32,205 bases of DNA from Intoshia linei (lineage: Eukaryota; Animalia; Orthonectida), in the NCBI GenBank assembly GCA_001642005.1, contig LWCA01000337.1:1-32205 (forward strand), written 5' to 3'. The notes under the pieces were generated by a model, which saw only the letters and a list, made by a program, of their open reading frames with translations, did no database searches and was not told where the DNA came from. Positions 22,302-32,205 of the stretch are shown piece after piece (the stretch's first letter is position 1; each line of letters begins with the position of its first letter). Position numbers and translations under genes: made by a program.

Positions 22302-25300
22302 ATGGATTCTACATTGAGAAACTCGAAAATCAATGTGACGGATGAAATGCTGGATTACAAGTATATAGATAATTGTGATGAGGTGAGTGAATTGGTGAGT
22401 GTTGTCAAATGTTTAAGAAAGAAACACAAGGGAATGTGGCCGCAGTTGGAAAAATATGCACTAGACAAAATTGCGTTAATCGAACCAAAACAGTAAAATG
22501 TTTTTAAATAATTCACTATTTCCAAATATCTAGTACAATTTTGAGAAATTCTGTTCCCATAAGCAAAACCAATCAATTACAAAAAGAACAACGGGAGGAT
22601 ATTAAAACTTCTTTAGATGTACCATTTTCATGTATATTTATTTGATTCATTATAGGATTTTTTTAATGATATGAAACGTGCAGATAATTTGAATATTAAT
22701 CAACAAGATGACAACTTTAAAATTCGACAAACTACTGGGTTTAAAACTTTTAACCAACAGGCTGCCATAACAAATGACGAAAAGGTGGATTTCATTTTAT
22801 GTTTATAAAGTTTATTTAGAAACTGGATAAACCAAAATCAGTTGCTCCTAGATCTTATGCTGATTGGGATAAGTATGTTTATTTATTTGTATTACACTAT
22901 TTGTAACAATTTAAAATTGTTTCATGCTTCCAGGAAATACATTTGACAATTTTTATCTAAACTATTTACAAAATTATTAACTAAGTAACTAATTAAGTGT
23001 TTAAATTTTAAATTTTATTTCATTTTATATTGTTAGATAAATTTTATTTTGTGTTTTCATTTAATTTTATTCAAAATTAGGTTAAAATTCTCGTCAGATG
23101 AAGAAACCGAACAAAAAAATACATTTAAGCCTATTCCACCAAAACCAATAGTTTCAATGGACAGTAAATACAAAATTTTGTTGACGAGATGTGAACAAAT
23201 TGTTGAAATTGGCATGACACAGGCACAGAGTTTGTTTTTATGTTTTTTTTAAAATAATTTCAATTAAAATTAAGATAAAATAGGGCACTGTTTAAGAACT
23301 TTTTTTTAGGTTGCCATAAAATCATAATGATTATGATTTAAAAACTATTCCAGAATTTATGTTTTATAAAATTTTAGGATTTAATTGATTTTTAAAACAA
23401 ATGGTAAGTTGAGGGTTTGACCATCAAGGTACGCGTTTCTGAGGCTGAGATTTACGACAATGTTTATGATTTTACAATGTCTCCCAGAATTTATGTTTTA
23501 TTAAAATTTTGGGCTTATTTTGTTTTTAACAAAAAGATAAATTGTGTTTTTGACCTTGAAGGACTCAAATTCGGAAACTGAAAAATAGACATGTTCTACG
23601 AAAAATTGTATTAGAAATTGGTTTTTTTAAATATACAGAAACACAAGCTGACATTAAATTTTGTAGAAGTAAAGGATATATGAGTATATCAATTTTATTA
23701 TTATTTAGAAATGGATCAAGATCAAAGAATGCGAAAGGCTTACAATGAGAAATGTAAAGGAAATGAGGTAATTTTACATTTTTTTGTTCACATTGTCCAA
23801 TCATATCATTTATAAACTTTTTATTTGTGGTTTTGTATTCGTAGTTTATATTGTCAGGGTCACGGAGAATCAGCAGTAATACCAGGCCAGGTGGAAATTG
23901 TACACTCATTTAATATTTTTTTAAAAATAAAAGTTTATACATTGTATCATTGATCGTTTATTCCAGAGGTGGGGAATTTTTCCAATTTTTTTAAAAACCT
24001 CTTATTCCAACCACAAATTACTAACGCTTAAGGGAATTTATCCTCTTTTTTCAATAATATTTTTCAAAATATTATGAGTTGTTACGAACTGCAACGCTAT
24101 CATCAAAATTGTTAAAATTAAAAGAAAGCCCTTATAACCGTGCAACCTACGTCAACACAAAATGAAAGAAATTTCTCTACTGCTTCTAATGTCGTTACAA
24201 AACGTAGAACGCGTTTAAAAGACGAATCTATCAATATTATGTGTGTTTTGAAACACTTTTTCAACAATCTAAAATAAATAAATTTTTTTCTAATTAAATT
24301 TGTAAATTTCAATTTAGATTCATGTTATTTCATTAATTAAATTTCTGTTTGTTTCTAAAATTAATTAAGGTCTCTAAAATTTTTAATGTTATTATATTAT
24401 ATATGAATAAAAATTTTTAATTACCCGGTACTCGACTTTTGTCATTTACCGGGAAATCACAATCACTACTGTCAACCATCCTGGGTATGTTATATAAGAA
24501 TATTATTTAGTATTTTGTGGCCAATGAATTTGAAGAGGCATATTGTTGCTATGAACGTAGTTTAGTCTACTTTGATACATTAAATGCCCTTAATAATAAA
24601 GCACTACTACGTATGCTGTTTTTTATTTTTTAATAATATCAATATTAGTTGTTAAAATGTCCCAATTTTCCGATGCTATAAAGATTTGCACCAATGTTTT
24701 GAAAAGAGATGCTACAAATAATAAAGGTATACTTTTAATAATATTCAGATCCAATCATTATTATTATATTAATTTGTACTTAAAATTTTTTTGAATGGGT
24801 AGTAGAGCTATTCCATTTTTCTAATATAAAAATGACATAGAAAATGAGCGCCACTCAATTTGCTGCAGAATGATATTAATATTTTTAATTTTTATTTAAA
24901 AAACCCCCGTGTTTTGAAGTTTAAAGTGTTCATGTTATGATTTTTCAGTTTATTGAAAATCAGTTAATAATTATTAACTATTAATAAATTTACATAATAC
25001 CAATTTCTAATTTATTTTAATTTATAAAACTTTTTAAAATGTCAAATTTTGGAATGATTTCATCATTTGAAAGTTTACAAAGAATGTCCGAAATTTTTTC
25101 ATATTTTCTTGAATTAAACGATATAATAATGACATTTGAATCTTGTGAAAGATCATTTTCGACATTAATTAATTTTAGTAAATTAACTATTAAAGTTTGA
25201 AAATATATGTTCAAAAACTATGAACAAATTTAATTCATATTTGTTAAATTCAATTCAATTTAAATTGGTACCAATTTTCTATGTAAAAATTTACATTTAT

Positions 25301-28300
25301 TAAATTTTTTTATTTGGTAATATTAATAAATCTTACATATTGTATGTAAAAAAATAGTTAAGAAATATTAATAGTATAAGCGTCAGTGCTTTCCAACCAT
25401 TTTTGATTGGCGACACATATTTTAATCTCAAAAAATTTCGCGACGCACCAATCAAAATAAACGATTGATTAATAAATATAGTTGAACTAATTTTTTCTAT
25501 TAATAATCTGAACATAAGCTATGTAAAATTTATCATCATCACTAAAAATATCTTTGATTTGCATTTTTACGTCTTCCAATTGTATTGTATGCTAATGGAA
25601 TTTAAAAAAATTAAATAAAATTTTAAGTTTGGCGACACACAAAAGTGTCACGACACACCGGTTGGAAAGCACTGATCTACGGTAATAAAATACATTCACA
25701 ATGTTTAAAATGTATTTACAAAAGTAATGAATTAAATTTTATTATTTTTACATTGGTTTTACTATAAACTTGACAAAATTATTTTTTTACAATAGTACTT
25801 AAAAAATATTTGAGTAGAAGCATTTAAAATATTTTCACCCAGTTCATATAAATTCATGTCTTTTTAAATTTCAAAAAAAAGTCCATATTGGAATAGTCCT
25901 AATCATTAGGGCCTAATGGGTAGTTTGACCAATTAGAATAACTGTATATAAATAAATTGACATATTTATCATATTTAACTAATTTTTAATAAAAAATAAA
26001 ATTTCAAGCTTTGACATTTATATAACACTAGCTGGAATATTATGTATTTTGTACAAACAGTACCTAGTTTTTCCGAGGCCAGACTTATTAATTTTACCAA
26101 AAAATAAATTATATAATAAAATGATACTATTCACTATTACCAATCCTTCAAAGGAGTGGTTTTCAAACTTCTTTTGGCATGGACCGATCATTTCACATTA
26201 AATTAATATTAAACTGAATTGTTTTTATCTAATTTTATTTTGTTAACATTTGTGTAAAGAATTTTAAAAACAATTTTATCATCCTATTTTTTTAATTTAT
26301 TAGAGGGAATGATTTTTTATAATGCGATGGAATATATTCAGTATTTGATTTCGATAACTAAAAAATATTTTATATCAATAAATAAAGGATTCAGCACATT
26401 TAAAAACCAACATATATATTTAGCTGAATTATTTTATATAGGTGAGGATTGTTGATTAGAAAATAAAATAAATGTTTATCTTATATAAATATATTAATAA
26501 TTGGAATGCTTCTATATATTTGTAATGATTTAATTATAAATTCACAGCTCGGCTGCGGCGCGCTCTCTCAAATATAAAATTACGTTATTACGAAGAAGCA
26601 AATAAAGACATTTTAAAAGTATTACAAGTTGAACCTAAAAATACCTGGGCTCTGGTAATTTTTTTGATACATGTTACACAGTTACAGCAATGTAAATTTA
26701 ATTTATCATTTATGTGATTTAATATCAACTATGTATCATTTAATTTTTTGTTTAGGAAATGTTGAAAGATAACAAGTCCAAATTAAACAACAAAAATATT
26801 GGAAAGCGATTAAAAATTGAGGTATGCTATTTAATATTCACAATTTTAACAAATTGGTCAAAATTTTCAAAGGTTCAGTGGTCTAATTCAGGCATTCTCA
26901 ACTCTTTTTCGCTGTGAATCCCTACAATGATGTTGAAAAAACCTGTGGACCCCAAAAAAAATTATATAAATTACATCTTTTATTCATATAAAATTTAATG
27001 TGTGTGTTACCGTTTATTTAAAAACCTCACTTTCTAATACATTTTTTCAACAGTGATGCAGCATCGCAAATGTCATTTTCCGAAATTGAGTTTTTAGGGT
27101 CAAAAACAATTTTATTTTAATAAAAATAAAATCAGCTCTAAAATTTCAAAAATACATATATTCTGAAACGCGTTTGAAAGTCATTACCGTTGTCGTAAAT
27201 CTCAGTCTCATAAATTTACATCTTCATAGTCAAAACAACAAATTACCCTTATTTTAAACATAAAAAAAGTCGTAAAATTTTATTAAACAATTCTTGTATA
27301 GTTTTGAAAATCATAATCATTATCATCAATCGCAACCCCTAAAAATTGCACTTTTTGACAATCCGTCCATGGTGGAACAAGTTTGGGAACCACACTTCAC
27401 CCAAAATGCATGATGGAAAAAACTATACTACAGGTATTTAAAATTTAATTTTTTCTGGGATTCATGTTTTTTAAGATCATACACTCATTATATTTAATAT
27501 ATTTACTTAAATTTAGTCTTATTGGAAAATAGATTTTATATTAGATGGTGTTAATCAGAAATAATTACTATCATTGCGGAATTATCATTTTATCTTTGAA
27601 AATAATTTAAAAAAAATTTTTCAAAAAACTGCTGTCGACCCCTGGGGTCCACATTAACCTGTTTGAGAATGGTTGGTCTAATTGATGATGTAACATTCTG
27701 TACCTGATGTTATCGTTAATATTTAGGTTTTAAAGTAATTTTGATTCTATAGGTTGTGAATTCTGAACAATCTGACGATTCGCAAGATATCGTAGAATTA
27801 GAAAAACAGCTAAACTCTGTAGTAATTAACCATGATGGAAAATCAAAGTATACTGAAATAGAAAATCAAGTAATTTAATTATGAATATTATATATGAAAT
27901 TTTATCTTAGAGTTTTATTAAAAAATATCGAGAAATGGGGAACGACATGTTTAAATTAGGAAAATATGCTGAAGCAATAAAATACTATTCCGAACCGATT
28001 AAATGTCTGATATGCAATATTGACGTTGACGAGGAAGAATTATTTATTTATTTAAAACGTGAAATTTGTCCAATTTTTGAATTGCCATCCATATATTCAA
28101 TTGTATTGAATAGATCTCATTGTTATTTAAAAGTTGGAAATTATAAATGTGCTATCCAAGATGCTAAATATGTCATCAAATATTACCCAACATATTATAA
28201 AGCACACTACCGATTGGGTCAAATATTTGAATGTATGGAGAAGTAATTTCTTTCTTTAATAAGGTAAGACTGGCTCTCTAAATTGGGAGGATTATAATCT

Positions 28301-30222
28301 TTAAATCAGGTGTTTGGTGAATTAAAGGGTTGTATTTGGCTTGAAATTTTAATTTAAGTAGCAAATAGTTGAGACTCAACTTGAGACTTAATTAAAAGTT
28401 AATTTTTAATGAAGACCAGTGACGTATATGAGTCGACGCTTACATTTAACTACTAATTCTTTAGGTTCAATTACGCTTACATTTTTTATCTAAATTGCAT
28501 AAATATGAATCAAAATGAACAAATTGCTTGGAAAGCTAAATCTAGGTTTATATTTCATTTATTGGTTTACATTGTTTTAGGTGTGCATCGTTTCTTCGAT
28601 ATAAACATGGATCTGATTTTTGGAAAAAAGAATTGCCGCACTACTTGGCTCTTTCTACCAAATATGAAGAATTAAAATTTTCAACATCAAGAAATATTTC
28701 GAAAAAGGATTTAACAGATAAAAGTGATTCAAAACCTATAAATTGTGATGTGGATATTAATGATTCAAAATCTGTAAAGTCTGAACCTAATATTAAGGAT
28801 TCGTTGCCTGTTACTTTAATCGATATGATTGTAGAATCTGAATCAGATACAAGTGAAGATGGAACGTTACCTAGAACAGTTGATGATGAAAATACGTTGA
28901 TATCACCAAAGTCTAACTCGTATGAAAAAATATTTCATGATGAAATCTGTCAAGAGACATCAAATACTATATCAGATGTAACGGTTAATAACGTCATCCC
29001 TTCAAACTCGTCAGAAGAAACTTCGTCAATGGTTTTTATTCAATCAGAGGATGAAGGTTTCGATCTGAACATTGAAATAGTTGAAGAAAAAAAAGAAAAA
29101 ATTAACAAAATAACGGAAACGATTAGTGAATGGTGTAATGATGATGAAGATTTCGGTATATTTTAATACTTGAGATACACCAATAATTGACAGACGGTTT
29201 ATTAAACAATTATTTATGGACGAATTATTTACTAATCAATTAAAATACTGTGTAAATTGGTGTATGGTTTTACTATACATTTTTGTACTTTTGTTTTTAG
29301 GGTGTAAATTTTTTTATTGTAATGTTTAAGTATAAATTTTATTAACTACATGTTATGTATTTTTAGTGATACTCAACAATGTTGAAAAAACAATAAAAAG
29401 TGAAATTTTCAATTTGATTCAAATTAGAAAGAAGGGTTTGGAAACTAACAGTACTGCAAAAAATGAACATAACACTTCTTTTGTTAGACTATTTTCAAAT
29501 TCAATCAAATATACTGACATACACTTGAAGCACCTTTTGCAAATCAAACCATCTGAATTAAATAAAGGTTTCCTTTATTATTTTTATGGTAATTTTTTAA
29601 TTTAGTTGTATCAAATCAACTTGACAATCAGTTTATACATTTAATGGTCAAGTGTTTGGTTGCTCTTGAACAAGAATGTAATTTTTCATGTTTTTATCTG
29701 TAACTGGTATACAATTTATTTTAACCTTTCTTGAAATACAGTCAGGCCTCTCAATACGGATGAACATTCAGTTGATCGATACATCTTAGAGCGACATAAT
29801 CATCGATTTTGTTAATTAATCATAATGTTGATTTTTTGAAAATAGTTTTGTGATTTTAATGACGATGGCCACAATTTTGTAGGGTTTTTAAGGAAATATT
29901 TATTTCTAACATTTTTTAATGATTTTGGAGATAATTTAGGGACCAAAATTTTGTAGGGAATATTTTTTAATTGCTACATTTAGCCGAGTTTATGGTTGTA
30001 CTTTTGTATCTTACTGAATTTATGAAGTGCAAGCGTATGAAATTTCTTTTAAAAATGATTGACGACTCAACGAGACAAGGTAAATTATTTACAATTTTCA
30101 TTAATTTTAAAATAGATTTACTGTTTGTATTGAATGGTTTTGATCAGCAGAATTTGACATACCAGAGACTATATAAAAATTCCAATTTTAATGAAATGTT
30201 TGATTTATTAAAAAAAAACTGA
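22302..30222 (+). CDS. SPAG1: Sperm-associated antigen 1-like TPR co-chaperone (axonemal dynein assembly factor) with RPAP3-type C-terminal domain, multi-exon
   Basis: N-terminus LDYKYIDNCDEVSELVSVVKCLR..GMWPQLEKY..IEP resembles SPAG1 LDFKYIEKCSDVKHLEKILCVLRSGEEGYYPEL; PRSYADWDK; TPR cluster 1 (EKCKGNE-YFVANEFEEAY..Y.RSL, NIKARLRRA, VLQVEPKN; 23709-26654); TPR cluster 2 (GNDMFKLGKYAEAIKYYS..LNRSHCYLKVGNY..KAHYRLGQ; from 27911); acidic linker; C-terminal IKPSELNKVVSNQLD..YLTEFMKCKRMKFLLKM. GT-AG exons are phase-compatible. Confidence 0.85.
23265..23640 (-). repeat. Family A copy, reverse orientation
   Basis: 'acgcgtttctgaggctgagatttacgacaatgtttatgattt' is the reverse complement of the family A core. 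Confidence 0.7.
24060..24468 (+). mobile_element. 3' remnant of a hAT transposon: C-terminal dimerisation domain and probable right end
   Basis: 24128-24277 encodes ALITVQPTSTQNERNFSTASNVVTKRRTRLKDESINIMCVLKHFF* (hAT PxS...ERxFS...K.R.RL motif); CCGGGAAATCACAATCACTA ending 24468 looks like a TAG-type terminus. Confidence 0.8.
25384..25674. mobile_element. hAT-type MITE, 291 bp
   Basis: Perfect 15-bp TIR CAGTGCTTTCCAACC / GGTTGGAAAGCACTG; repeated GCGAC(A/G)CAC subterminal motifs; flanking 8-mers match only 4/8. Confidence 0.8.
26889..27675. mobile_element. hAT-type MITE with perfect TSD and nested family A copy (~26998-27350)
   Basis: TIRs CAGGCATTCTCAAC / GTTTGAGAATGGTTG; TSD GTCTAATT at 26881-26888 and 27676-27683. 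Confidence 0.85.
29786..29970 (+). repeat. Family C copy (SPAG1 intron)
   Basis: Matches the 13444 copy, with one full tandem unit and the start of a second. Confidence 0.7.
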
Positions 30223-30523
30223 ACGACATTAATTAGTAAATTGTATTTATAAAATAAAATTAATTACCAACGTAGACTCAACCATTTTTACTTGACTATA
30301 TCTTTCAAAATAGTTTTTGACATTACAGATTAGTATTATTGTGACAGCCATTCGCTTATAACATCGACACATTCAACTTGTAGTTTATGGTTAGGCAAAC
30401 GAAAGGGTTTAGAGTTTAAACTTAATTAAATTTAATCTAAATAGTTTTAATAATTAAATTTTTATTTAAAATTGTTAAAAAGTTGTAAATATTTAAAGCC
30501 TTTATGAGTAATTTCACCTGGAA

Positions 30524-31111
30524 CTAATACTCGAATATATTCTCCAATACTTCCTGGTCTAATGGGTTTGAAACTTTAGATAACAAAATATCCTTTTGCG
30601 GGCTTGTGAGTTTATTTTTTTCTTTGACGCACTCAAATAATTTCTCTTCTGTTTTAAATTTTTTATATATTTCCTTAAAATCTTTTAACATCTTAATTAA
30701 CGAAGATCGTTTTAATAATGCAATTTCAAGATGAAATTCATATGATACATACTGGTAATTATTATCATTTTCGTTCAAGGTTAAGTGATTAAAATTGCAT
30801 GTATCCGAGAATGATTAACGTGACTGTAAGAACCAAGTAAAGTTCGGGTACCACAACATCGGAGAATTAACTCACTGAAACCAAATCAAGTGATCTTGAG
30901 TAAGGAAAAAATAAAAAGTAGTCAATATTGACTCGTATCCAAGCATGTTGTTAACTTATGGTTCCAATTTTTCAAAATCCAAATTATTTACATCGAATAG
31001 GGATTTCTGTTCCATTATTAGAATTATCATTTTTAACATTACCAGCTTTGTTAATATTAGAAAAACCTTACACTTTGATTTTTTTCTACCAGACATGTAC
31101 AACTGTACCAT
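30524..31111 (-). pseudogene. Unidentified degraded coding-like segment
   Basis: The 84-aa ORF 30778-30524 is in frame with upstream sequence back to ~31111 interrupted by three stops; no family recognised. Confidence 0.25.
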
Positions 31112-31129
31112 CTGTAATATTTTTTAAAT

Positions 31130-31403
31130 TCTAGAGCTGTTTTTATTATAAAAAAAAATGTTAATCTGGGATTTTGATCGTAAAAATTATCTTTTTCCAT
31201 TTATGATAATGTTTATGGTTTTAAAAACTATACCATAATTTATGTTTAATTTTTAAAACTAAGGGTAATTTAGGTTTTTGACCATGAACTCAAATTCTGA
31301 AACTGAAAAATAGATAAAAACACCTCCTGGAAAAACTATTAGAATTTGAGTTTTTTTTAAATCCTGCGACTCTCAATTGTTTTAATAAATGGTTACACAC
31401 ACA
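31130..31403 (-). repeat. Family A copy, reverse orientation, with terminus
   Basis: Ends AATAAATGGTTACACACACA; shares 'actcaaattc.gaaactgaaaaataga' with ~23563-23589. Confidence 0.7.
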
Positions 31404-31875
31404 GGAATTTATTTTTATAAAGGATTTTATTAAAAAGTTTAGTAATTAACCATTTAGTTAACTTTTAACTCAATTTTTCAAAGCAATTCAAATTCACAAT
31501 ATATCTGAAAAAAAGTGAGTTTGCTAATATATTTATATCGAAATAATGCAGTAAAATGAAAACAATTTCAAATAAAAATTTTAATAGTGTACAATAGGTT
31601 AGACACAATTTCAATATTTTTTAATTTCTTATGGGCCATTAGCCAGAAAGTTTCGTTTTGTTAAGTTAACTTAAAATACAAAATTTGAAAACTCTACGAG
31701 GGTGCTCAAGGATACTGAATTTTAGTATACGATTTTTATACATAACTATGTATGAGTAGGATATACCGAGGGTTTATCTTAGTTTTACCATATTTAAAAT
31801 AACATTGATTACGGAGACGTTCAGTTTGGCGAAAACTATTGTGTTTAAATTATTACCAAAGGTTTGTAGGCGTGC

Positions 31876-32205
31876 CTAATTAAATAATAACATGCAAAAA
31901 GCTAATATTGTTTCACTTTTCGAATTAATCAGAGACCGAAGAACTATAATTTTATAAAATCCATCAGATGTTATACACACCGTTAAAAATTCAACAATTG
32001 TATTACCATAATCATGAGCTCTTTTCCCGTCAAATTGCAGACAAAAATCTTTTTTAAAAAACTGAATATCTGAATTTATTTTATCTGTACAACAACCAAT
32101 TTCTTTGTTCAAAGCACGCATGCACAATGTGCATTGCACATTGTTCTACACGGAATGATAGAATTAGTGATTGTTTTTAGAATCGTTTGCATTTTACGTG
32201 AAGAA
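31876..32205 (-). pseudogene. Decayed N-terminal catalytic fragment of the same DDE transposase family as 1-882
   Basis: SSRKMQTILK..*..FCLQFDGK..VEFLTVCIT..KII..NSKSET resembles the L(H)(W/F)DGK...ERLxV first-Asp segment that precedes FDTTASNTG in this family; in-frame stop and truncation. Confidence 0.6.

Noticed and set aside
22355-22576. Minus-strand 73-aa ORF
   Set aside because: Antisense to SPAG1 exons 1-2.
23565-23909. Minus-strand 114-aa ORF
   Set aside because: Spans a family A repeat, the antisense of a SPAG1 exon and intron sequence; a chance composite.
24118-24312. Minus-strand 64-aa ORF
   Set aside because: Antisense of the plus-strand hAT dimerisation-domain remnant.
25017-25214. 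Minus-strand 65-aa ORF as a nested gene
   Set aside because: Non-ATG start, no motif and no supporting exons found.
3710-30222. The four genes as a single functional system or operon
   Set aside because: Unrelated pathways (DNA degradation, surface receptor, APC/C, dynein assembly) and mixed orientations; adjacency is adequately explained by genome compaction.
1-32205. Alternative genetic code or stop-codon readthrough
   Set aside because: All four genes translate with the standard code once introns are removed; in-frame stops occur only in relic sequences.

Overview
A very AT-rich eukaryotic (animal) genomic window; nothing prokaryotic, no CRISPR array and no recognisable RNA gene. By joining GT-AG exons by eye I can rebuild four intron-containing genes: (1) deoxyribonuclease II (+, 3710-10743, 7 exons, ~352 aa, both HxK motifs intact); (2) a type-I membrane protein with SUEL/rhamnose-binding-lectin-like, CUB-like and small Cys domains (+, 12388-18012, 8 exons, ~478 aa); (3) a divergent APC/C subunit CDC16/APC6 (-, 22013-18160); (4) a SPAG1-like TPR co-chaperone (+, 22302-30222) sharing a 288-bp head-to-head promoter with CDC16. 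Many introns are 35-41 nt, while long introns are packed with often nested DNA-transposon relics (hAT MITEs with TIRs/TSDs, Tc1, Mutator, hAT dimerisation-domain remnant, unclassified dispersed repeats). Both window ends carry decayed pieces of one DDE transposase family. Bases ~910-2256 are near-identical blocks joined by single Ns, probably an assembly artefact. The style suggests a compact spiralian genome such as the orthonectid Intoshia (inference only). I found no convincing new multi-gene system; the best leads are the lectin-type receptor, the transposon nesting and the two-class intron architecture. Exon boundaries and reference comparisons are manual and from memory, not database-verified.
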